DNA from: Limnochordia bacterium
GTDB taxonomy: Bacteria > Bacillota > Limnochordia > DTU080
NCBI GenBank assembly: GCA_050951545.1
Contig: JBMNJG010000005.1
Coordinates: 195,742 to 259,741, forward strand
Length of the DNA stretch: 64,000 nt
Direction of reading: 5' to 3'
Of this stretch, positions 20,206-28,642 are shown in pieces (position 1 is the stretch's first letter; every line of letters begins with the position of its first letter). The position numbers and the translations under genes are program-made. The notes below the pieces were generated by a model, which saw only the letters and a program-made list of their open reading frames with translations, was not told where the DNA came from and did no database searches.

Positions 20206-21279
20206 ATGTATTCGGGACCCGAACAGACATTCTGGCTGGAGGTGGCACCCTTGGATATCGAAGAGGTTCGCGTGCCGATCTCGTTGCTGCTCACTAGCCA
20301 GTTAAGAGCGACGGATAAGGTAGTTTGGCTGGCTCTCACACTCGACGCTGAATTGGGGCAGCGAGCCCGTCTGTCGCCCACTCGCCTCGCTGCTCGTACC
20401 GGTTTGTCCCGACCCACCATCCGCAAGGCTACGGCAAAGCTAACCACTGAGGGCTGGTACAATCTGCCCACAGGCGTCAACCGGGCCCCAGCAAAAGGGC
20501 TGTCGGGGCCAAGGGTGGTCATGCCTACTGAGCTGATCATCGCCACGGAGGTCAGTGCTCAGGCCAAGGTGGTCTATGGTGCACTGCAGGCCACGCCGGA
20601 TTACCGTAATTTGCAGGGCGTGTTCACATATGCATCTGTGGCCCGGATGATGAGTCTAGACGCCAAGACGGTCAAGCGGGCCGCTCGACAGCTGGCCAAG
20701 CTGGGCTGGCTGGAGACGCAGCAGGAGCACAAGCAAGCTCCCATTTGCTTCAGCCTCTGCAACCCGGTCGCCCGCAGGTACATGGATGAACTGCTAGCGG
20801 CGCAGCAGCGACTCGACGAGGCTGAGTTCTTCGGACAGACCTTGATGCAGGAATACCTATCGGCTATTTTCGACTCCGATGACCATAAGGACAACGCGTC
20901 TCCCCGTTTTCTAGTCAACCCGGCTACTGGCATGTTACTGGAGCTCGACCGCCACTATGACCTCGAGGCCGTGGCCTTTGAGTTTAACGGGCCACAACAC
21001 TACACCCCTACCAAACGGTTCTCGGCTGACGTGGTCGCCAAGCAGATGGAACGTGACAAGACCAAGCGTGAATTGTGTGAGGAGAACAAAGTCACGTTGG
21101 TTGTGATCCATGCCAAGGACCTGTCCTGGCTCACCATGAAGTTCAAGGCTGGCCAACTGCTGCCGTTGCGAAGCGACCTTAACAAGAAACTCCTCAGGTA
21201 CCTCGATCTGAGGAGTCGCTTCTACCGCGAGACGGCTAAGGGTGGCTGGGCGCCCACCAGTGACGCCGCCAACGAATAG
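20206..21279 (+). CDS. Protein with two winged-helix DNA-binding domains and a C-terminal DUF559 (Vsr/PD-(D/E)XK endonuclease-like) domain
   Basis: C-terminal LELD...AFEFNGPQHY...ERDKTKRELCEENKVTLVVIHAKDL matches the DUF559 pattern (vEyDGeqH...rD.rr...L...GW.VvRv). Two wHTH blocks upstream. ATG at 20206 with GGAGAG SD; the ORF track starts at TTG 20173. Confidence 0.65.
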   Translation: MYSGPEQTFWLEVAPLDIEEVRVPISLLLTSQLRATDKVVWLALTLDAELGQRARLSPTRLAARTGLSRPTIRKATAKLTTEGWYNLPTGVNRAPAKGLSGPRVVMPTELIIATEVSAQAKVVYGALQATPDYRNLQGVFTYASVARMMSLDAKTVKRAARQLAKLGWLETQQEHKQAPICFSLCNPVARRYMDELLAAQQRLDEAEFFGQTLMQEYLSAIFDSDDHKDNASPRFLVNPATGMLLELDRHYDLEAVAFEFNGPQHYTPTKRFSADVVAKQMERDKTKRELCEENKVTLVVIHAKDLSWLTMKFKAGQLLPLRSDLNKKLLRYLDLRSRFYRETAKGGWAPTSDAANE

Positions 21280-21557
21280 CCAACGACGGCCAAGAGTGCG
21301 CTATAGCCTCGAATCATCTCTCCCCCTTCACCAAAAGGGGTCTCAGCAACCTCTCGCTGCCGCTCGCTGAAGCGGGTGCCCCTATGCCCTCGCCCAGGTG
21401 CCCTCGCGACGAGTCGTGACAATAGCAGACCCGTGGTGCGCCAACGGGCGCTGCGCTTCCTGCTGTAACCGCCTCGAAATCACAATGTTGCGCCCAATAG
21501 CCATCTTGCCTTGCCCAGAACCCGCCTCGTCGCCTGGTCCACTTCCTGTGATCGAAG

Positions 21558-21830
21558 ATGAAACTGGAGCATCGCCCTCTTCTTGCCGATTTGGGCAATG
21601 TAACCGACCCCGGGCCCCGACCCGGGCCCCGACTCACCAGCCGGGTCCGGGACTGACGGAAGTGAAACTGGAGCATCGCCCTCTTCTTGCCGATTTGGGC
21701 AATGTAACCGACCCCGGGCCCCGACCCGGGCCCCGACTCACCAGCCGGGTCCGCGACTGACGGAAGTGAAACCGAGTGGGCATCGCCCCCTTCTTGCCAA
21801 ATCAGGCGATGTAACCGACCTGTGTATCGC
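21558..21830. repeat. Tandem direct repeat, about 106-bp unit x 2.5 copies, containing GC palindromes (CCCCGGGCCCCGACCCGGGCCCC)
   Basis: Units 21558..21663 and 21664..21768 are nearly identical. A partial, diverged third unit at 21769..21830 continues into sequence similar to 20009..20100. Confidence 0.8.
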
Positions 21831-22009
21831 CCACGACGAGCCTGGGCATCGACACACGACGGGCTAGCGCGGCCCTACCCCGACCCAACTGATCACAGTC
21901 GGTGCAAACCCTAGCATGGAGGAAGACCACAGTCAGAATCCTAGTCATACTTGAAATGAACTGGTGGGGCCTTTCCAAAGGCGGCGCAACAGCGATACGC
22001 GAATTCTCG

Positions 22010-22060
22010 TCACCGTATTCGCCCGTATTCCCCCGTGTTCACGCCGACGAGTATTCGCGG
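22010..22060 (+). promoter_or_regulatory. Four direct GTATTCGC-like repeats immediately upstream of the tRNA-Arg promoter (possible upstream activating or factor-binding sites)
   Basis: cgtattcgc / cgtattccc / cgtgttcac / gtattcgcg spaced about 10 bp apart. Confidence 0.3.
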
Positions 22061-22090
22061 TTGCGTGGCTCGAGGGATAGTGCTATAATG
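22061..22090 (+). promoter_or_regulatory. Sigma-70-type promoter of tRNA-Arg (TTGCGT-17bp-TATAAT, extended -10 TGcTATAAT)
   Basis: Consensus hexamers at correct spacing about 12 nt upstream of the tRNA 5' end. Confidence 0.7.
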
Positions 22091-22102
22091 TGAAAGCGGT
22101 AG

Positions 22103-22179
22103 GCGCTCGTAGCTCAGCTGGATAGAGTGCTTGACTACGAATCAAGAGGCCAGAGGTTCGAGTCCTCTCGGGCGCACCA
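22103..22179 (+). tRNA. tRNA-Arg (anticodon ACG)
   Basis: Cloverleaf with 7-bp acceptor GCGCUCG/CGGGCGC, D-arm, anticodon loop CUACGAA, T-loop GGUUCGAGUCC and 3' CCA encoded. Followed by a hairpin at 22181..22226. Confidence 0.9.
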
Positions 22180-22180
22180 G

Positions 22181-22226
22181 CAAGAAACACCTCCACGAAG
22201 CGGTTTTCGGGAGGTGTTTCTTGTTT
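22181..22226 (+). terminator. Hairpin terminator after tRNA-Arg
   Basis: aagaaacacctcc-...-gggaggtgtttctt followed by gtttgtt. Confidence 0.6.
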
Positions 22227-22576
22227 GTTGGGGGTTGGGGAAGGGCGGTTTTGTAGCCAATGTGTAGCCAACAGGTTCTGCCACGAAGGCTAGGGTATGT
22301 ACCAAGGCGGTTGTCGAGCAGTCGGGTCGACGCGTCGAACCCGAACCTAGATGCAGCCGCACACTAATCTATCTGTAGCTTGCGTAATAAGGGACGCTTT
22401 GGTGAATATCCATAAAAAGAAACAGGAAAATCCTTCTAGGGTGTGGTAATACTATCCGGACATTGAAGCCGCCTACTCGGATGTCCCAGTTACCCGCGGA
22501 GATGTGCGCTTGGTCGCGCTAAGCAACAAGAGGTATCCATGTCGATGATGCCACGCCTTGAATATCAGGGAGGTCC

Positions 22577-23605
22577 TTGATCATGAAAGAGAAAGCTGAC
22601 CTCGTTCTAGAAGGAGGCGGGGTCAAAGCCATCGCCTTAGTAGGAGCCCTCAACTACGCCGAATCACAGGGGTACCACTGGAACAACATAGCCGGTACCT
22701 CAGCCGGGGCTCTCGTCGGTGCACTCCTAGTAGCTGGGTACTCAGGTAACGCCCTGAAAGACATGGTGCTCAATATGGATTTCACCGCCCTGTGCGACAA
22801 GCGCCTTATCCAACGTCTGCCTGTCGTAGGTCCGGCGGCTGCTGTGGGTCTCTACATGGGCCTGTGTCGCGGGCAAGCGCTCGAGACGTGGATCCGTGAC
22901 ATACTACTCAACAAGGGCGTGCGTACGTTCGGGGATCTAAAGGTGTATGATGAGCACAATCCGCGCTACCGCTATCGCCTGCAAGTCATCGCCTCAGATC
23001 TCACACGCGGCCGCATGCTGGTACTGCCCGACGACATGAGGGCCTACGGGCTTAATCCCGACCAAATGGAGGTGGCCCAAGCCATACGCATGAGCACAAG
23101 TATCCCTTTCTTCTACGAGCCCGTTGTGCTGCGTTACGGCAGACTACACAACAAGAGCAGCTACGTCGTTGACGGCGGCGTACTCAGCAACTACCCTGTC
23201 TGGCTCTTCGACTGCCCCCAGTACCGGGCGCCTCGCTGGCCTACCATCGGACTGCGACTCGTCGACCCGCGAGCAGCACACCCCAACAAAATCAGAGGGC
23301 CGTTATCCTTGCTTACGGCCCTGTTCTCAACCATGCTAGAAGCGCATGACGCCCGCCACGTCAAAGAGGCCAACTTCGTGCGCACTGTTGCGATAAATAC
23401 CCTCGGTGTGCGAACCGTCGATTTCGGCATTCCGACAGCCACCCGTCTGCGACTGTATGATTCCGGCGTCTCGGCAGCACGAACCTTCCTCAAGACTTGG
23501 GACTTCGAGACCTACAAGAACCGCTACAGGCTTCCCCAAACACTAACTACTTTCTCTCGGGCAGAACGTACTCCGACAACGAGAACAGCGCACCTGCTGC
23601 CCTAG
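22577..23605 (+). CDS. Patatin-like phospholipase
   Basis: Oxyanion GGGVKA, nucleophile GTSAG (GxSxG), catalytic Asp in VVDGGV. Confidence 0.85.
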   Translation: MIMKEKADLVLEGGGVKAIALVGALNYAESQGYHWNNIAGTSAGALVGALLVAGYSGNALKDMVLNMDFTALCDKRLIQRLPVVGPAAAVGLYMGLCRGQALETWIRDILLNKGVRTFGDLKVYDEHNPRYRYRLQVIASDLTRGRMLVLPDDMRAYGLNPDQMEVAQAIRMSTSIPFFYEPVVLRYGRLHNKSSYVVDGGVLSNYPVWLFDCPQYRAPRWPTIGLRLVDPRAAHPNKIRGPLSLLTALFSTMLEAHDARHVKEANFVRTVAINTLGVRTVDFGIPTATRLRLYDSGVSAARTFLKTWDFETYKNRYRLPQTLTTFSRAERTPTTRTAHLLP

Positions 23606-24307
23606 TAGATCCTCCGGCACATCATACTCCTGCTGACAATGAGGACAGACGCTCTTTTTGGGTGACAAGCCAGGCGAGTACTTGCGCCCAGGATACAACA
23701 CGACGGTCGACCGCGGTGCCACAAAAGAGGCCCGGACCAGTCCTACCTCGGCCACTGGTTCTTCCTGGCTCTCCTTGCCCAACACCGTCTCAGCCAACCG
23801 CCGCCCTTCACTGAGCGCCAGTGACCATATTTTCTTGACCTCTTCGACTAGAATAGGTCGCCCAGCCCGTTTCTGGTCAAAGTAGTACTCCGCAATACGT
23901 CCTATAGCATAGCTAGACGCAAACACCAGGGGGGCCGCCATGAGCCCTCCCGCGGTTGGAAGACCCAGCTTATAGAGACTAGCCATCCCATGTTGGGCAA
24001 GTAACCCCAAACCGACCATGCCACCGAGTTCCTTCAGGATATCTTCCGCTTGCTTCTTGCTGATAGGGAATCCCTTTATTTCGCCTATTTTGGCGGCCAT
24101 GAATACCTGTACAGGGGTGTGTACCAGCACGTCAACAAAAGGGAGCGGCTGAATGGCAAGCCCCGCGCATACTGCTGCCGTAAGAAAGATCACCCTTTGC
24201 ACCCGTGCAGCCTCAGCCAAACGAGGGTCATCACTCTCACGCAGTTGGGCTTCAAAGGTTCTTCGCAGCTCGTCGGCCCGTCGCATTGAATTCTGCCCTC
24301 CCCGCAA
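23543..24307 (-). CDS. DUF697-like membrane-associated protein with C-terminal CxxC...CxxC zinc ribbon
   Basis: Hydrophobic and amphipathic core (RVIFLTAAVCAGL...ASSYAIGRIAEYYF) resembling YcjF/DUF697; CPHC...CSRC at the C-terminus. The 3' end convergently overlaps the patatin ORF by about 60 nt. Confidence 0.5.
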   Translation of the reverse strand: MRGGQNSMRRADELRRTFEAQLRESDDPRLAEAARVQRVIFLTAAVCAGLAIQPLPFVDVLVHTPVQVFMAAKIGEIKGFPISKKQAEDILKELGGMVGLGLLAQHGMASLYKLGLPTAGGLMAAPLVFASSYAIGRIAEYYFDQKRAGRPILVEEVKKIWSLALSEGRRLAETVLGKESQEEPVAEVGLVRASFVAPRSTVVLYPGRKYSPGLSPKKSVCPHCQQEYDVPEDLLGQQVRCSRCRSTFCPRESS

Positions 24308-24418
24308 CTCGAGCGACGCTCAGAAAACCTGTCCACGTTCCTCTTCAACTACATTCTACCTGTTACAGGAGTACCCTGGTAGACCACATGACCCGATAAG
24401 GTAAAAAGAGTTGCCATC

Positions 24419-26389
24419 TTAGGGATTAGCTGTCTCTGGAGTCGCCTGCTTCTCTTGGTCCACAAGTATGTCTGCGAGGTGGTTAGGCCAACTGGTGATG
24501 ATCCCATCTGCATCTGCCTGAATCAGTTGCTTCATCGCCTGCTTGTTATCGGCAATCCCGACATGAACCTGCATGCCCACACGATGTGCAAGTCGAATGA
24601 GCGCCGGGCTTGCCAGTTGCAGAACACCCAGGCGTTGCGGTATCCGCAAGTAACGAGCTGGTGGCCTGTAAAACACGCCTACCCCTAGACGAGCCATGAC
24701 GACGAAACGCTTCACTTCTTCTCGGGACAGTGCAGTCGGAATCTCAGGAGCCAGGGTTCGGAAATACTGTATGGTGGGACCATCTTCTGAGGTCACGATG
24801 ACGCGGTGACGGGCGCTTGCAGCGTCGAGTACGCCGAGCAGGTTGCGAGCGATATCCTCACCACTATCCCTGATATCCACACTGAAGCGAGCTGAGGGAT
24901 AAGCCAGAAGCACCGCCTCCAACGTGGGTATTCGTACATTGCGACCGCGGTAGGGATAGCTATTACCATCCAGAGTAAAGCGGTACCCTGCATCGAGCTC
25001 TCGTAACTCGGCTACTGGCATGTCGCCCACGGCACCGCTGACCTCAGTAACACCATCGAGACGCTCCTCGGCAAAAACCACGAGAACACCGTCCATACTG
25101 CGGCGAACATCAAGCCCCAATAGGTTTGCTCCGGCCTGCAGCCCTTGTCCAAATGCAGCGATAGTATTGCCTGGCGCCAAACCCGCAGCACCCTGATGTC
25201 CAATCACTACCGGATCCTGCTCAAATTCGAGTCCTGGAAGAAATTGAGTCGAGCGGGGCAGCTCCGTTACGGTGGACATCCTATCCGGGAGGTGTTCTGC
25301 GGTCTCGAGCGTCATAAGTGAGATTCCGATGGCTAGCAGGCCACAGAGGGCCGCTGCCATAGCAGAGGAGATTGTCGGCTGAGGCCACTTACTGGGGAGT
25401 GGCACGTCAGCGGGAATGGGGTACCCCTTGCCGGGATCCTCCTCATCGGTTGACGGGGGCTGGGCTGGGCCCAGACCCACATAGCGAAAGAGCGCTGGTG
25501 CACCAACCGTGACCCACATCGTCAGCGCACAGTAGGCGAGCATAGAGGCAATGCCGGGTGCGACAAACCTCCTGCTGACAAGCCAATGGCCCAGCATCAG
25601 GCTAGGCCAGCCGAGTGCTAGCCGACCGAGGACTACTCCTGGCGATGGGCGTGCTTCACTGTCATCAGGCACATGCCGTGTAACCCCAGTGAGCAACACC
25701 CCCATAGCCACACCAGCTATACGAAAGGCATCGTCAGATTGCACCAGAAAAGCCGCCACATACGGCAGCAAGACGCTGTACAGCCAGTCACGCAACCTCG
25801 GCTGAGATGGCACTGTAGCCCGATGGACTCGCCGCACAAAGAAGACAGCAATAGCTACGCCGATAATGATCCCCGCGCAGACCTGATACAGATAGTGCAC
25901 GCCCAGGTACAAACGAGACAAAGAGATCATGAAAACAACCAACAGGGCACCTGTCGTCATGATCGTGCTCCGAGCGTAGAGGGCTAGAAAGCCCCACACG
26001 GTGGCAGCCAGCTGAGCGTGGCCTGACGGGAAGCCCGAGCTCCACTCGTAAACCATCACACGTAGCAGTTCGTCCGACGGCCTGGGAATTCCGAGAGCGT
26101 CTTTGAGTACACTGCTTACCCACACAGACGTAAGGAGGGCAAGCAACAAACTCCTTCCAACGTGTCGGTTCACACACCACAAGACAAACGTAACCAGCAA
26201 CAGATAGGCAAACTCATTGCCCAAGGCTGATGCCGAGCGGAAAAACCAATCAAGGCTAGGGATGGAGAATCGCTGTAGCCAGATATTTACGGCCTCGGAG
26301 AACAAGTTTCTCCCCTCCCGCGACGCTCTCGCCCTCAGCTGGGCTCGTCTACGGGCCCAGCAAGACCCGAGCGTGCTGGTCCAAGGCAT
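24419..26389 (-). CDS. Fusion protein: PAP2-family lipid phosphatase (N-terminal, membrane) plus glycerophosphodiester phosphodiesterase-like domain (C-terminal)
   Basis: PAP2 motifs KDALGIPRP, FPSGHA, SRLYLGVHY. C-terminal GDPD-like VIGHQGAAGLAPGNT...DVRRSMDGVLVVFAE (HRG/PENT variants). Confidence 0.75.
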   Translation of the reverse strand: MPWTSTLGSCWARRRAQLRARASREGRNLFSEAVNIWLQRFSIPSLDWFFRSASALGNEFAYLLLVTFVLWCVNRHVGRSLLLALLTSVWVSSVLKDALGIPRPSDELLRVMVYEWSSGFPSGHAQLAATVWGFLALYARSTIMTTGALLVVFMISLSRLYLGVHYLYQVCAGIIIGVAIAVFFVRRVHRATVPSQPRLRDWLYSVLLPYVAAFLVQSDDAFRIAGVAMGVLLTGVTRHVPDDSEARPSPGVVLGRLALGWPSLMLGHWLVSRRFVAPGIASMLAYCALTMWVTVGAPALFRYVGLGPAQPPSTDEEDPGKGYPIPADVPLPSKWPQPTISSAMAAALCGLLAIGISLMTLETAEHLPDRMSTVTELPRSTQFLPGLEFEQDPVVIGHQGAAGLAPGNTIAAFGQGLQAGANLLGLDVRRSMDGVLVVFAEERLDGVTEVSGAVGDMPVAELRELDAGYRFTLDGNSYPYRGRNVRIPTLEAVLLAYPSARFSVDIRDSGEDIARNLLGVLDAASARHRVIVTSEDGPTIQYFRTLAPEIPTALSREEVKRFVVMARLGVGVFYRPPARYLRIPQRLGVLQLASPALIRLAHRVGMQVHVGIADNKQAMKQLIQADADGIITSWPNHLADILVDQEKQATPETANP

Positions 26390-27182
26390 CCTTTACATAG
26401 GTATCCCAGTAGTCCCAGCTGTGGACGCCTGTATGCTCCCGATAGGTGTGAGCAATGCCTACCTGCTTGAGATGATCACGGAATCTGCGATTCTGTTCTA
26501 TAAGGAAATCTTCAGTGCCGCAATCAAAACCGATCACTGGCAGTTCCTTGTCCACAGCCGCCACGGCCAGAGCATAGATATCGCCTTCCGCGCTCGCAGG
26601 GAAGACATGCCCTCTGGCCGCCATCTCGTCCTCAGTCCATACCGCTGAGGAGTGCGCCCATACAGAAGCAAATCGTTCGGGGTATTTGAGGGCCAGGCGT
26701 AGGCTGCCAAAACCACCCATCGACAGACCTCCGATGGCAGCCTTGCCTGCTCGGACGTTGTATGTACTACTCAGATGCTGAGCTAGATCCTGCATAATGA
26801 AGTCCTCATAGCGATCCCGAGCGCCTACGTTCATCCAGAAACTCAGGGCCCCATCCGGCATGACTACCAGGAACGGCAGCTTCGCCACGTGCCGGGCGAG
26901 GTTGCTCCGGTTGAGCCAGGCGGCGTGATCGTCGGAGGCTCCGTGGAGCTGATACAAGACAGGATACGGGCCGGGCCCAACCTCTTGAGCATCGGGCAAT
27001 ATGGCACTGTAGGTCACATGACGCCCCAACGAGCGGCTTCTCATCTGTACCGTAGCGATATTCATCAGTGCTGGCCTCCCATAGCTAGTCATCTCAGTTC
27101 TGGTCAGACCCGAAATTGTGAAGATCCCCATCGGATCACGCATGTCTACATAAGTAATAAGCCCCGAGGCGTGTACACACAA
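26349..27182 (-). CDS. Esterase D / S-formylglutathione hydrolase-like alpha/beta hydrolase (putative esterase family, CE1-like)
   Basis: PVLYQLHGASDDHAAW and GGLSMGGFGSL (GxSxG). The true start is probably an internal Met (MTSYGRP or MNIATVQ). Confidence 0.75.
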   Translation of the reverse strand: MCVHASGLITYVDMRDPMGIFTISGLTRTEMTSYGRPALMNIATVQMRSRSLGRHVTYSAILPDAQEVGPGPYPVLYQLHGASDDHAAWLNRSNLARHVAKLPFLVVMPDGALSFWMNVGARDRYEDFIMQDLAQHLSSTYNVRAGKAAIGGLSMGGFGSLRLALKYPERFASVWAHSSAVWTEDEMAARGHVFPASAEGDIYALAVAAVDKELPVIGFDCGTEDFLIEQNRRFRDHLKQVGIAHTYREHTGVHSWDYWDTYVKDALDQHARVLLGP

Positions 27183-27201
27183 CCGCGGGGCTCATTTTCT
27201 A

Positions 27202-27296
27202 TGGCGGAAGGGGAGGGATTCGAACCCTCGGTAGGAGTTTATGCCCCTACTACAGTTTAGCAAACTGCCGCCTTCGACCAGCTCGGCCACCCTTCC
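27202..27296 (-). tRNA. tRNA-Ser (anticodon GCU), long variable arm
   Basis: Reverse complement reads GGAAGGGUGGCCGAGCUGGUCGAAGGCGGCAGUUUGCUAAACUGU-[variable arm]-CGAGGGUUCGAAUCCCUCCCCUUCCGCCA, with anticodon loop UUGCUAA and discriminator G followed by CCA. Confidence 0.9.
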
Positions 27297-27493
27297 GCAT
27301 GATACAGCCACAGTGTAGCACATCGGCTTCGGATCAGTCAACGCCTCTTTTGCCGGTACCGCAGACTTTATGGGGCAATACCCGCCATCCATGGCAGGAA
27401 CTGTGCCCATAGAGGCTAAACGTTCTGTATAGACGCGCCCCCTGTCTGAAGGGTACCACGTCAGAAATGCCGCGTAAAGAGATACGCTAAGGA

Positions 27494-27859
27494 GTGAGCG
27501 CATTGGCAACACCGCCCCCCGGACTCGCAGTTTTCGCGCGTCCGCAGATCGATTGGTCCGACTTGGGCAAGGAAGTGGGTCTAGGTGCCATCTTCGGTTT
27601 TGCCGTAGGCTATGCCGCAAAAAAAGCTATGAAGGTGGTTCTTGTCGTTGCGGGCGTGCTCCTGCTTTTGGCAGTGCTTTTCGAGCAAAAGGGGATCATC
27701 GCTGTCAAATGGGACGTACTTGAGGCCACCTATGCTCGCACAGTGAAGCCACGCGCTGTGACAGGCGCACTAACCCAGTTTGCCCAACGCCTTGGCCGCC
27801 TTATCCCCGTGTCAGGCGGGTTCGTCGCGGGATTCGTGCTTGGGTTCCGCAGCGGATAA
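27494..27859 (+). CDS. FUN14 family small membrane protein
   Basis: GAIFGFAVGYAAKKAMK followed by a TM helix. Confidence 0.55.
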   Translation: MSALATPPPGLAVFARPQIDWSDLGKEVGLGAIFGFAVGYAAKKAMKVVLVVAGVLLLLAVLFEQKGIIAVKWDVLEATYARTVKPRAVTGALTQFAQRLGRLIPVSGGFVAGFVLGFRSG

Positions 27860-27866
27860 GCCAGTG

Positions 27867-28631
27867 CTAGATTCGCCTGGCCACATACACATGCCGCGTG
27901 TCCGTCTCCTGCGCCGGAGATCCATCGGTTCGAACCACCTCCAACACCTTGAATTCTGCCTGCTCTAACAGATGGATGACCTCGGGCATGTAGTAGCCGC
28001 ACTCAACATGGACTTCAGTGAAACGTTCGTATAGATCTCCACATTGGACAAAAAACGTTGCAGTGAGGGTCCCTGTATGCGTCACTGGCTCGTACGCATT
28101 TTGCCAGATATATACCACGTCGCCGTGATCCTCAACAAATGCATTGTTGCCCCACAGATGGCCCAGAGCATAAACGCTATTCATGTCGAAGACAAAAAGG
28201 CCACCGCTCTCAAGACAGGCCGCTGTACAGCGAAAGGTGGCCAAGAGATCCTCTTCACGCAGGTTGTAATTCATGGCATCAAACCAACAGGTGACCATCT
28301 GCACGGGTTCAGCCAGCTGAAAAGAACGCATGTCGCCGTGGACAAACGAAACAGGCAGACCCGCCTCTAGGGCCAGCTTGGCTCGGGCTTGGGCGAGCAT
28401 CTGCTCCGAAAGGTCCAAGCCCGTCACCTTGATCCCCTTTTTGGCCAGGGCCAGGGCTACCGAACCTGTGCCACAAGCAAGATCAAGAGCAGCACGAGGC
28501 TGGCAACCATGCTTCTCGAGTGTGTTCGTCAGCAGACGCAAGAGCTTCAGTCCAAACTCATCGCTGCCCATCCTATCATAGATCTCCGCGTATCGTTCAT
28601 AGGGGCCTGCGGTGGCACCCCAGGTCTTCAC
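27867..28631 (-). CDS. Class I SAM-dependent methyltransferase
   Basis: Motif I LDLACGTGSVALALA, motif II and post I acidic residue. Confidence 0.8.
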   Translation of the reverse strand: MKTWGATAGPYERYAEIYDRMGSDEFGLKLLRLLTNTLEKHGCQPRAALDLACGTGSVALALAKKGIKVTGLDLSEQMLAQARAKLALEAGLPVSFVHGDMRSFQLAEPVQMVTCWFDAMNYNLREEDLLATFRCTAACLESGGLFVFDMNSVYALGHLWGNNAFVEDHGDVVYIWQNAYEPVTHTGTLTATFFVQCGDLYERFTEVHVECGYYMPEVIHLLEQAEFKVLEVVRTDGSPAQETDTRHVYVARRI

Positions 28632-28642
28632 ACGCCTACCTC

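Noticed and set aside
21398-21760. 120-aa ORFs running through the tandem repeat array on both strands
   Set aside because: Repeat-derived, Pro/Gly-rich, no start context; an artefact of the repeats.
21558-21830. Possibility that the tandem repeats are a CRISPR array
   Set aside because: Units are about 106 bp and contiguous with no unique spacers; no cas genes nearby.
22083-22362. ORFs on the - strand overlapping tRNA-Arg(ACG), and ORF 27192..27620 overlapping tRNA-Ser
   Set aside because: They overlap confidently identified tRNA genes and are spurious.
22577-24307. Patatin plus adjacent gene as an anti-phage (CBASS-like) effector module
   Set aside because: No cyclase, sensor or other defence-associated partner genes are present. 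Patatin plus a DUF697 membrane protein alone is insufficient.
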